Virus record (IMG/VR): IMGVR_UViG_3300043775_003095
Location: 52,962 to 72,961 of that record
Length of the DNA: 20,000 nt
DNA from: an uncultured virus (IMG/VR IMGVR_UViG_3300043775_003095)
Lineage: Duplodnaviria; Heunggongvirae; Uroviricota; Caudoviricetes
Reading direction: 5' to 3' (one strand)
The translations under genes were made by a program, and so were the position numbers. Of the stretch, positions 1 through 7,457 are shown one piece after another. A model generated the notes under the pieces. The model worked only from the letters and a program-made list of their open reading frames with translations, was not told the origin of the DNA and ran no database searches. Position 1 is the first letter of the stretch. Every line of letters begins with the position of its first letter.

Positions 1-7
1 TGGTCAT
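1..7 (-). CDS. Start of a CDS running off the left edge (ATG ACC A...)
   Basis: ATG at 7-5, with an AGGTGA RBS-like motif at 11-16, just downstream of a terminator. Confidence 0.4.
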
Positions 8-20
8 TTTTCACCTGTAG

Positions 21-49
21 AAAAAAGTGGGGACCGAAGTCCCCACTTT
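21..49 (-). terminator. Rho-independent terminator
   Basis: Minus strand AAAGTGGGGAC-TTCG-GTCCCCACTTTTTT: GC stem, UUCG tetraloop, U-tract. Confidence 0.9.
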
Positions 50-62
50 GCTAGAACAATTC

Positions 63-485
63 TTACTCCGAATAAGAATCGCCCAGACCCAACTCAGCCT
101 TCAGCGAGGCAAGTTCATCGAACCCAACCTCTTCAACCTCGACCGTCGGAACCTCATCGGTCACAACAGCCTTCGGCTTACGACCGACGGTGGTCTTGGT
201 CTTCAGCACAGCGACCTTCGCAGCCTTCGGTGCCTTGGTTGCCTTGCTCTTACCGACCATCTTGCTCGCAATAGCAGCAGCATTATGCAACTGATACGAG
301 TCAACCTTACGACCATCGCGGATCGTCTCAATTTCAGCATCGCAGTCACGCTTCAATGCACAAATCAAGACCATCGCGGTCACAGGCTTGCAGCCGAGTC
401 GCGAAACAAGAGTATCGAACTTCAGCGGCTTGCCGTCCTTCAACATCTCATACACTTCAATCATCTTTCGAGTAGGATTAGCCAT
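63..485 (-). CDS. Hypothetical early protein, possibly DNA-binding (helical N-domain, Lys/Ala-rich linker, acidic C-tail)
   Basis: ORF track 63..491; GGAG at 494-497 favours the ATG at 485; KATKAPKAAK segment; has its own promoter and terminator. Confidence 0.75.
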   Translation of the reverse strand: MANPTRKMIEVYEMLKDGKPLKFDTLVSRLGCKPVTAMVLICALKRDCDAEIETIRDGRKVDSYQLHNAAAIASKMVGKSKATKAPKAAKVAVLKTKTTVGRKPKAVVTDEVPTVEVEEVGFDELASLKAELGLGDSYSE

Positions 486-523
486 TTTCAAAACTCCATA
501 ACAAATTAATAACGGACAACAAT

Positions 524-552
524 AGTATAAAACAAATCAAAGCAAAAGTAAA
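524..552 (-). promoter_or_regulatory. Sigma70-type early promoter
   Basis: TTTACT(552-547)-17 bp-TATACT(529-524). Confidence 0.7.
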
Positions 553-562
553 CCAGCAAGAA

Positions 563-703
563 TTACAGGCTATGCAACGGATTTCGTTGCCGCAAGAATG
601 CGAGTGCTTCTTGCTTGCTGCCAAACTTGCCACTGATCGGAGTCTGATGCCGACCACGGACGATGTACCAACCACCTAACAACTTATTGAATACGACTTT
701 CAT
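563..703 (-). CDS. Small hypothetical protein, 46 aa (MKVVFNKLLGGWYIVRGRHQTPISGKFGSKQEALAFLRQRNPLHSL); below the ORF-track cutoff
   Basis: Translated by hand; ATG overlaps the upstream TAA (TAATG coupling) and the ORF fills the gap exactly. Confidence 0.7.
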   Translation of the reverse strand: MKVVFNKLLGGWYIVRGRHQTPISGKFGSKQEALAFLRQRNPLHSL

Positions 704-912
704 TAAGCAACCACTGCTTCAGTCTGGGCTTGCTCTCGCACGAGCCACTCGCGGAGACGAGTCCATCGTGCTTTCTTGCCATCGGTCAAACTCTTGCGAG
801 CCAGAACCAAATCCACACGAACGATCGCATCAGCATGTTTGACCACACCAGTGGAGACCAGAGTCTTGATATCGCTGACGCTCGCCAACAAAAGAGGATT
901 CACATTACTCAT
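703..912 (-). CDS. Hypothetical protein, 69 aa (MSNVNPLL...)
   Basis: ORF track 703..993, but its upstream part is promoter sequence; AAGGA RBS precedes the ATG at 912. Confidence 0.7.
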   Translation of the reverse strand: MSNVNPLLLASVSDIKTLVSTGVVKHADAIVRVDLVLARKSLTDGKKARWTRLREWLVREQAQTEAVVA

Positions 913-944
913 AAAAAAAGTTCCTTCATCAACCTTGTACAACA

Positions 945-1004
945 ATTCTAACGCACAGCAAGAGAAAAGGCAAGGGGAAAAACCCCTTGCCATTCAATCA
1001 CTTA
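945..1004 (-). promoter_or_regulatory. Sigma70-type early promoter with upstream IHF-like box
   Basis: TTGCCT(973-968)-17 bp-TAGAAT(950-945); plus-strand ATTCAATCACTTA at 992-1004 has one mismatch to WATCAANNNNTTR. Confidence 0.7.
961..991 (-). terminator. Terminator-like hairpin overlapping the -35 box of the next promoter
   Basis: GGCAAGGGG-TTTTT-CCCCTTGCC followed by TTTTCTCT, just after the stop of 1002..1376. Confidence 0.65.
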
Positions 1005-1376
1005 CGAATTCAGCGCAGCAATCTCATCAGCCGACCAAACCTTCACAGGGCTGGCTTTTCGCTGATTCTTGCGAATCGTCTTGGGGGCAGTCGCCTTCAG
1101 GCGCAACTCAGCAAGACGCGCCTCCGCTTTCGCGATCCGATCAGCCACTCGCTGGGCTCGCTTCGCCGCACGTGCTTCCTTCACAGCGCGACGATGATCT
1201 TCCTTCACGACGCGATTAATCTGCGTCTCGCGACGAATCTCAGCGCGCAGAGCACTCTGCATCGCACGCGATGCTTTAATCGCTTCTCGCGTCGCCTTCA
1301 TGGCGCCGATCATATCCTTCACAACCTGACGCTCACGAGCCAGATTCGCCTTCATTTGATTTAGTGTAAGACCCAT
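1002..1376 (-). CDS. Basic Arg/Ala/Lys-rich coiled-coil hypothetical protein
   Basis: 124 aa ORF; AAGGAAAG RBS; own promoter upstream. Confidence 0.8.
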   Translation of the reverse strand: MGLTLNQMKANLARERQVVKDMIGAMKATREAIKASRAMQSALRAEIRRETQINRVVKEDHRRAVKEARAAKRAQRVADRIAKAEARLAELRLKATAPKTIRKNQRKASPVKVWSADEIAALNS

Positions 1377-1425
1377 AATTTTCTTTCCTTCAGTTTCGGG
1401 GACCGTTTCCCCATCCGATAAGACA

Positions 1426-1485
1426 ATTATGCCCCAGACCTACTGCAAAAGCAATAGTAAAAAACCGAATAAAATCAATAACTTA
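1426..1485 (-). promoter_or_regulatory. Sigma70-type early promoter with upstream IHF consensus box
   Basis: TTGCTT(1454-1449)-17 bp-CATAAT(1431-1426); plus-strand AATCAATAACTTA at 1473-1485 is a perfect WATCAANNNNTTR. Confidence 0.75.
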
Positions 1486-1582
1486 CGAGATCCCCGTAAA
1501 ACCGAAGGAGAAGCCCCGAGAGAGGGGCTGTTTTAGGCTAGGGAAAGGGGAGGGGAGGGGCGATAGAGCTCCCCATTCGGGC

Positions 1583-2233
1583 TCAGACTCTGATCGTCTT
1601 ACATTCCCCCAGAAATTCATTCTTCGCCGATCGGAGCATGAACGCAAAATCTAGTTGAAAGATAATTCCCTCAGCCTGATGAACTTCGAGCAATTCAACA
1701 GGAATGTAATCATAATCTCGAAAAAATGTGAGATACTCAGAAATGTTCGGCGCACCTTGATTGTATTCAATCAATGGTGTTTCACAAAAAATCAATTCTG
1801 TCTTTCCCATGACTTTTTTTGCGGCAGAAAGAATATCCAATTCTGAACCTTGTGTATCAATTTTCAACAAATTGGGAACTGGAAGATCTTTATTTTCGAT
1901 CATTTTGTCTAAAGTTGTGCATGACATCTTCACTGGAGTTTTGCCATCATACCAAGTTGTTGTCTCTTTATAATATGAATCACCAGTATTGCATCCAGGA
2001 TAGAATTCAACAAACTCACGACCTTCATTGGAAAGAACATTCAAGAAGAATGAATGTCCTGTAACAATTAAATCAGACAAATAGTGAGCGTTTGCTTCAA
2101 AAAGATAAAATGATGATTCAGGCAATACCTCACGTTTCGCTTTATTACTCCATGAACCGTTGCATGCACCCACATCATAGCATATAGGAAATTGCATTCC
2201 TCTTGACTTTAAATGTTTTATAAACTCAATCAT
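1583..2233 (-). CDS. FkbM-family SAM-dependent methyltransferase
   Basis: YDVGACNG motif I, FEAN, TLD, LLKIDTQGSELDIL. Confidence 0.85.
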   Translation of the reverse strand: MIEFIKHLKSRGMQFPICYDVGACNGSWSNKAKREVLPESSFYLFEANAHYLSDLIVTGHSFFLNVLSNEGREFVEFYPGCNTGDSYYKETTTWYDGKTPVKMSCTTLDKMIENKDLPVPNLLKIDTQGSELDILSAAKKVMGKTELIFCETPLIEYNQGAPNISEYLTFFRDYDYIPVELLEVHQAEGIIFQLDFAFMLRSAKNEFLGECKTIRV

Positions 2234-3486
2234 ACAATTGCCTCGTTCATAAAGTGTTCTATAGTTTGTTCCAATTCGTTTAAATCATATTCAGGACCAA
2301 GATATATTGTTTCCAGCCCTTGTGGTTTTTTAATCAATGTTCCTTGCATTCTTTCTACGTTATAGTGATGAATGCCTAATCCGATTGAATGCGTCGCATC
2401 ATTTGCAATCGGATCAACGAAAATGTTAAATTCTGGATGCTTCTCTTTAATTATAGAAACTCCCAGAATATTTAAAGCGCAGCCACCACCAACAATCAAG
2501 TTTCTAATTTTAGAATTCTCTTTGATAAATTGTGCATGATGAAGAAAGACTTTTTCCAATGCTCTTTGAACTTCATATGCCAGATCTGCCTTTTGTTGAA
2601 ACGTTAATTCGTCAAAAAGTTCAGGATACAAATTGTAATTCAATTCTCTTCCGCAACCAAATAGATTGTTGTTTGAGTAGATGGTATCACCAACAAGAAA
2701 TGGTGGCAAGTTATTGTCTGCCTTTCCATATGCTGATAATCCCATGACCTTTCCATATCCATTCGCTCCCATCTTAAGATGGCGTGTAATCGTTTCATAC
2801 ATGTTACCAATATCCATATGAGCCGAAGCATCAAACTTATATGGAATTTTATCAAATCCAATTTTAGGATCGATCAACTCACTTATTCCACCATTCGAAC
2901 TATAAACAGGGATTGAATCTTTCACATAGACAGGACCGCACTGAGATTTCTTATAGAGATAATTTCTTCGATATCTTGAATCAATTTCTAAGATAGAAGT
3001 GTTCTCAGATCCACCAACCCCTAAATTGTTTTTAGGGTTTTGAATCACATATCCAGAACCTAGCGCATCAACAATTAAGCAAACTGCTTCGTCAAATGGA
3101 GACATATAAAATGCAGATATCGCATGACTACAATGATGAGAGTATTTGGTGAAATCATTTTTAAGATTGATTGTTCCACGACGCTCGCTTGTTTCAATTA
3201 TTTTACCAAACTCAAACATCTGAGTAATTTTATCATAGATCTGCATACAACTCTTTTCTTCTGGTAAAAGAGTATTCATGGTTTTAAATCCATGAGCAAC
3301 CAATAAATCTATTTTTTTGGTGATCTTATTGCGAATGTATTCAAATGGTTTTAAATTAAATAGCACATCATTCTTTTTACGAGTCGCTCTTTCTGCTTGC
3401 AAAAAGAAAATGAGTTTTTCATCTTCAAATAATGCTACAGAGGCATCATGTCCAAGTGTTTGAATTGCTAGTGTGTAGTAACTCAT
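2230..3486 (-). CDS. Carbamoyltransferase (CmcH/NodU/TobZ family), stand-alone N-terminal Kae1-like domain
   Basis: GHDASVA, ERATRKKND, HHCSHAISAFY.SPF, IVDALG, GKVMGLSAYG, GGCALN, DATHSIG. Confidence 0.9.
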   Translation of the reverse strand: MSYYTLAIQTLGHDASVALFEDEKLIFFLQAERATRKKNDVLFNLKPFEYIRNKITKKIDLLVAHGFKTMNTLLPEEKSCMQIYDKITQMFEFGKIIETSERRGTINLKNDFTKYSHHCSHAISAFYMSPFDEAVCLIVDALGSGYVIQNPKNNLGVGGSENTSILEIDSRYRRNYLYKKSQCGPVYVKDSIPVYSSNGGISELIDPKIGFDKIPYKFDASAHMDIGNMYETITRHLKMGANGYGKVMGLSAYGKADNNLPPFLVGDTIYSNNNLFGCGRELNYNLYPELFDELTFQQKADLAYEVQRALEKVFLHHAQFIKENSKIRNLIVGGGCALNILGVSIIKEKHPEFNIFVDPIANDATHSIGLGIHHYNVERMQGTLIKKPQGLETIYLGPEYDLNELEQTIEHFMNEAIV

Positions 3487-4043
3487 TTTGCTAGAATCGT
3501 TTTTAATTCTGGGAAGTAAATAACGTCAATATCTGAATTATGAAAAGTCTTAAGAGCATCAAATGGAGTTTCTACAATCGGCTCGCCAGCAAGATTAAAT
3601 GATGTGTTTAGAAGAAGAGGAACTCCAGTTAGATCATTGAATGCAGAGATTAAATTATAGTAATGTTCGTTTTGTTCTTTGCGAACAGTTTGAATTCTAC
3701 ACGAACCATCAACGTGAATAACTGAGGGAATCTCGTCAGTCTTATCTGCCTTCGCCGCAAAGGAATACGTCATATATGGTGCTTCTGGAATTTGAGACAT
3801 ATCAAACCAATCAGCAGCATATTCGTAAAGTATTGAAGCGGCAAGTGGGCGAAATAATTCTCTACCCTTCATTTTGTTAATGCGATCTCTGCCATCAGGA
3901 TCAACAGGAGTATAGAGCATTGATCTATTTCCTAATGCTCTTGGTCCTGCCTCTGACCTTCCTTGGAAGATTGCAACTATTTTCTTTTGCGCTAAGAGTT
4001 GAGCAACTTCAATCGGTTTAACATTAATCAACTTTCTCATCAA
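3483..4043 (-). CDS. Carbamoyltransferase (CmcH/NodU family), stand-alone C-terminal YrdC-like domain
   Basis: FQGRSEAGPRALGNRS, KGRELFRPLA, HVDGSCRIQTV, LLNTSFNLAGEPIV. Confidence 0.92.
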   Translation of the reverse strand: MMRKLINVKPIEVAQLLAQKKIVAIFQGRSEAGPRALGNRSMLYTPVDPDGRDRINKMKGRELFRPLAASILYEYAADWFDMSQIPEAPYMTYSFAAKADKTDEIPSVIHVDGSCRIQTVRKEQNEHYYNLISAFNDLTGVPLLLNTSFNLAGEPIVETPFDALKTFHNSDIDVIYFPELKTILAK

Positions 4044-5031
4044 TGAAAACCTCTTTGAACTTTGCCATCACATTTTTGGGATTATATTTCTCTACAGCCA
4101 ACTCTCTATAGTTGACTCCAATCTTACTGCGCAAAGTTGTAATCTTTTTATAAAGATCTTCTTCATCATTCTCTCTATAAATGAGATCAAATGGCTTTAG
4201 TGTTTCAACGTGATTGCGATCAAATCCAACATCACATGCAAGAACTGGTCTGTTGAAGAAAAGAGATTCCGCAATTGCTAATCCAAATGATTCACCTAAC
4301 CATCTAGCGTGTATAAATGCATCACATGCGTTGATGTAGTTAGACTTTTGTTGATTTCCCAAGAATGGTCCCAAGAAAATAACATTTGGTAGATCGCAAA
4401 AAGGTTCCGTGTTTGCAAATAAGAAAACAATATCATCTCTTTCTTGCGCAACTCTGATTACAACGTTCCGAACAAATTGTAAGTCAAATGTTTTGTAACC
4501 ACCAAATCTTCCAATGACAAATTTATCTTTTGGAATACCAAGAGCAGTTCTTGTATCGTAATCTGGCTCTGGTAAATCTACAATATATGGAACCCATGGA
4601 TGAACAGGGGCATTGTACATTTTAGAAACGTTATGCGACATCCACTCAGAGATATACGCATACACATCACCATGAGGGTCGTACCATTGAAACACACAAT
4701 GCACACCCATCTTTGTTGATGTGATTACTGCATTTTCTCTTTTTGTGTGAGAGTCAACTCGTTCACCAGCACGTTGACTGTAGAAAAGATCGTATCCTGA
4801 AGCAATTTCGTTTAAATGATTGTTGTCATTGTATGTGAGGAGTTTAAATTTTTTACTCACATCATCGATGACTGCAGGAACACTTCCAACATCTAAACCT
4901 TCAGGATTTTCTTGAGAATATACGATGACGCTCTCATTTCCCAAAATTTCTTGATTGTAGTGAGCATACTCTAGAATGGAGTTAGTTGTTCCGCGATAAT
5001 TTAACTGCTCAGCATGAAATAGAATTTTCAC
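4024..5031 (-). CDS. GT-B fold glycosyltransferase (GT4-like)
   Basis: N-terminal RGT, C-terminal CDAFIHARWLGESFGLAIAE donor-binding motif. Confidence 0.8.
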   Translation of the reverse strand: MKILFHAEQLNYRGTTNSILEYAHYNQEILGNESVIVYSQENPEGLDVGSVPAVIDDVSKKFKLLTYNDNNHLNEIASGYDLFYSQRAGERVDSHTKRENAVITSTKMGVHCVFQWYDPHGDVYAYISEWMSHNVSKMYNAPVHPWVPYIVDLPEPDYDTRTALGIPKDKFVIGRFGGYKTFDLQFVRNVVIRVAQERDDIVFLFANTEPFCDLPNVIFLGPFLGNQQKSNYINACDAFIHARWLGESFGLAIAESLFFNRPVLACDVGFDRNHVETLKPFDLIYRENDEEDLYKKITTLRSKIGVNYRELAVEKYNPKNVMAKFKEVFIDEKVD

Positions 5032-5038
5032 AAATTTA

Positions 5039-5185
5039 TCACTCTTTAGTTACAATTTCCCACTGCTGTTGCACAGAAGTCTTTACAACTCGACGAGTTG
5101 ATGGTTCTGCGCCAAAATCTCTTTCGTAAACAGTTTTGCCTTTGTCTGGGCTTTCGTAGATCTTTGGCTTTAATTCTTCAAACAT
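5039..5185 (-). CDS. Small hypothetical protein, 48 aa (MFEELKPKIYESPDKGKTVYERDFG...); below the ORF-track cutoff
   Basis: Translated by hand; fills the gap between glutaredoxin and the glycosyltransferase. Confidence 0.7.
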   Translation of the reverse strand: MFEELKPKIYESPDKGKTVYERDFGAEPSTRRVVKTSVQQQWEIVTKE

Positions 5186-5186
5186 A

Positions 5187-5426
5187 TCAAGTTGTTCCAT
5201 TTTTCACCTCAAAGTGTTTCACAAGGTCATCATAACCGCCAATATACTCATCGTCAAGAAAAATCTGAGGAACTGTTCTTGCATTTGGAACTGACTCAAG
5301 AAGTTGCTCTTTAGTCCACCCAAATTCCAACTTTCGTTCTTCAATGAAGTACCCCTTTAAATTTAAAAGATTGACTGCTCTTACGCAGTAGGGGCAATTT
5401 GTTTTCGACCATACGATTGCTTTCAT
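5187..5426 (-). CDS. Glutaredoxin
   Basis: CPYC active site, TVPQIF, IGGYDDL; GGAG RBS. Confidence 0.93.
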   Translation of the reverse strand: MKAIVWSKTNCPYCVRAVNLLNLKGYFIEERKLEFGWTKEQLLESVPNARTVPQIFLDDEYIGGYDDLVKHFEVKNGTT

Positions 5427-5439
5427 AATAACTCCAAAA

Positions 5440-5515
5440 TGGTAGCGGGGGTTGGATTCGAACCAACGGAAACTGGATTATGAGTCCAGTGACTTGACCT
5501 CTAGTCTACCCCGCA
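5440..5515 (-). tRNA. tRNA-Met(CAT), initiator (fMet)-like
   Basis: Cloverleaf; loop CTCATAA; U1xU72 mismatch, GCGGGG/CCCCGC acceptor, A11:U24; encoded CCA. Confidence 0.9.
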
Positions 5516-5628
5516 GTTTTTTGTTTCGGTTGCTTCTTCTGACCGAAGATGCGTTCCCAGTTTTCATCAAATTGTTTTCTTGGCACGCTCAATGGGCGTG
5601 GTTTACTTCCTTTTCCACCAGTGCTCAT
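5506..5628 (-). CDS. Small basic hypothetical protein, 40 aa (MSTGGKGSKPRPLSVPRKQFDENWERIFGQKKQPKQKTAG)
   Basis: Translated by hand; ATGA coupling to the upstream gene; stop lies inside the 5' end of tRNA-Met. Confidence 0.6.
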   Translation of the reverse strand: MSTGGKGSKPRPLSVPRKQFDENWERIFGQKKQPKQKTAG

Positions 5629-6176
5629 AAAACTTTAAACCTATATGCTAATGTTATTCTAAATCCTTCGAAGTATCTCGTTGGTGCTTCGGCAAAATGC
5701 GCGATATATCCTTTAAACAGCAACGCAGAATTATATCTAGGATAAAATATCTTTGTTGCGTTATTTCCAACGAGACCATCTTGTTGTTTACTGTAATGTC
5801 TATTTATGAATACTGTCTGACCGCCCCATTCAATATTCCATTCTTTGTTCATATAAACAAGGAAAACATTTACATCCTCATCATGAGCATCAACATGAAC
5901 GCTTGAAGACATTGAAGTCGTTGTAGCGTTAAAGTATACGTCATTCAACGTTGCATTTAATTGAGTCGTCTGTAAAACTTTCTGAAAGAGAGTTTGAGTG
6001 AACAACTCATCATTCATTAGATTCATTCGCCAAAATGGTCTTTTTGGAGAGGATCCACTGATAGCCATTTCCCATTTTGGACGGCAAGACATGTTGTCAA
6101 TGAGTTCTAATTCTTCCTGATTAAAAACGTTTTCAAATTCTTTAATTTGTGAGAGAAAATCCACTAATTTCTCCAA
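5625..6176 (-). CDS. 2OG-Fe(II) oxygenase (prolyl-hydroxylase-like)
   Basis: HVD, WGGQTVF, distal H (IAHF), RITLAYRF. Confidence 0.85.
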   Translation of the reverse strand: MEKLVDFLSQIKEFENVFNQEELELIDNMSCRPKWEMAISGSSPKRPFWRMNLMNDELFTQTLFQKVLQTTQLNATLNDVYFNATTTSMSSSVHVDAHDEDVNVFLVYMNKEWNIEWGGQTVFINRHYSKQQDGLVGNNATKIFYPRYNSALLFKGYIAHFAEAPTRYFEGFRITLAYRFKVL

Positions 6177-6730
6177 ACACGACTGTTCTTTGGGATGCTT
6201 GCTTTTAAATATTCCATTTGATCAGCAAGCACTCTACGATTCTTTAAAAGAATGCGCTCATGTACAGTTGGTGCATAGGGAACATAAAGCAGATGCATCT
6301 TCGCTTCTTCTGGCGTTTTGTCACCTTTCTTATGGTTACACGCCCGACATGATGTAACGCAATTGTTCCATTGATTCCCACCACCGCGAGATTTAGGCAT
6401 AACATGGTCAATAGTTAATTGGCTAGTGCTAAACTCATCTCCACAATAAGCGCAGATATGCCAATCTCGAGCATATAATGTCATTCGATCAGCAAATTTA
6501 GTTTGTTGATTGTAGAATTTGTCACCTAGCAATGGACCACTTACGCCAATGATGCAAGAAATATCAATGCGTGATTGTTCGCCATGCTCATTGTGACCAC
6601 CGAGCATGGTTTTCATCTTTTCGCCTAATTCCCAGATAACTTTCTTTTTGGCATAGTAACATGCCGCCATTTCAAAGTTCACCCAGTCTTTCGGCATTCC
6701 ACCTTTGTCTACAACTAATACTAAACTCAT
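6164..6730 (-). CDS. HNH endonuclease (zinc-binding McrA-like type)
   Basis: RD..CAYCG, TIDHVMPKSRGG, N..CRACNHKKG. Confidence 0.9.
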   Translation of the reverse strand: MSLVLVVDKGGMPKDWVNFEMAACYYAKKKVIWELGEKMKTMLGGHNEHGEQSRIDISCIIGVSGPLLGDKFYNQQTKFADRMTLYARDWHICAYCGDEFSTSQLTIDHVMPKSRGGGNQWNNCVTSCRACNHKKGDKTPEEAKMHLLYVPYAPTVHERILLKNRRVLADQMEYLKASIPKNSRVWRN

Positions 6731-6749
6731 ATTAATCTCTAGTTTTAAT

Positions 6750-6757
6750 TATTTATC
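6750..6757 (-). promoter_or_regulatory. Possible T4-like late promoter variant (GATAAATA)
   Basis: Resembles TATAAATA; upstream of the HNH gene; the same 8-mer occurs at 16814-16821. Confidence 0.35.
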
Positions 6758-7457
6758 ACTCAAAATAGAATTTAACACTTTCACAATATTCTTGATCTTG
6801 TAACTGAATTCGGTTAAAATTCGGATCAACTCCTTCTGCTAAATTTTTCCAAGTAGTATGCCATGGTGTATCCGTATCACAATTCACCACAACATAATTT
6901 TTTTTAATCGGATCCAATCGATTCCATTGTAGTATTTCGCCGTGAAATATCTTAACGAATGGTATTTCTTTCCAATGCTTTTTCTTGATGAAAAACAAAT
7001 TCCCCATTCCCGCTGCACTAGGTCGTTTTCCGACCTCGCCTTCATGGATATAAATTATATCAATATTTCCATCTCTGTAAAAGCGTTGGTATGTGTCGTC
7101 ACCTTCATATCGAAAGACAGTTCCCACAATACCAACGTTGTCTTCAACATCTTGCGATAAAAAATCATCAACCTTTCGAAAGATGTTGATGTTTACAAAC
7201 ACATCATCTCCCAAAAAAGCCAGATGCTCAAATTGTGCAAGATTTGCTCCCAAATTCCAAGAGGGAGCAACATATAAATTTGATTCTGAGTTATGTATTC
7301 TAACCTTCGGATGAGAAAAAATCAAGTCGTTGGGAGTTTCTTGTTTATTGTTATTGATGATGATGAGTTCACCAATGCATCCGATGTGAACCAAACTCTT
7401 GAAAAATTCCAAGAATGGTGGATGTTTCCACATTGTGGGAACAATAACAGAAATCAT
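6756..7457 (-). CDS. GT-A fold glycosyltransferase (GT2-like)
   Basis: ISVIVPT, LIIINN, WNLGA, AFLGDD (DxD-like). Confidence 0.8.
   Translation of the reverse strand: MISVIVPTMWKHPPFLEFFKSLVHIGCIGELIIINNNKQETPNDLIFSHPKVRIHNSESNLYVAPSWNLGANLAQFEHLAFLGDDVFVNINIFRKVDDFLSQDVEDNVGIVGTVFRYEGDDTYQRFYRDGNIDIIYIHEGEVGKRPSAAGMGNLFFIKKKHWKEIPFVKIFHGEILQWNRLDPIKKNYVVVNCDTDTPWHTTWKNLAEGVDPNFNRIQLQDQEYCESVKFYFE

Noticed and set aside
27..1364. Plus-strand ORFs 27..509, 730..951, 776..1219, 987..1364 and minus ORF 478..675
   Set aside because: Antisense or off-frame shadows of minus-strand genes that have RBSs, promoters and terminators
3480..3490. Frameshifted pseudogene explanation for the split carbamoyltransferase
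   Set aside because: Domain order is reversed relative to canonical CmcH/NodU, so a single frameshift in a canonical gene cannot produce it; the ATGA overlap is ordinary coupling
6164..6730. HNH gene as an intron-borne or mobile homing element
   Set aside because: No interrupted host gene or intron structure flanks it; the neighbours are intact
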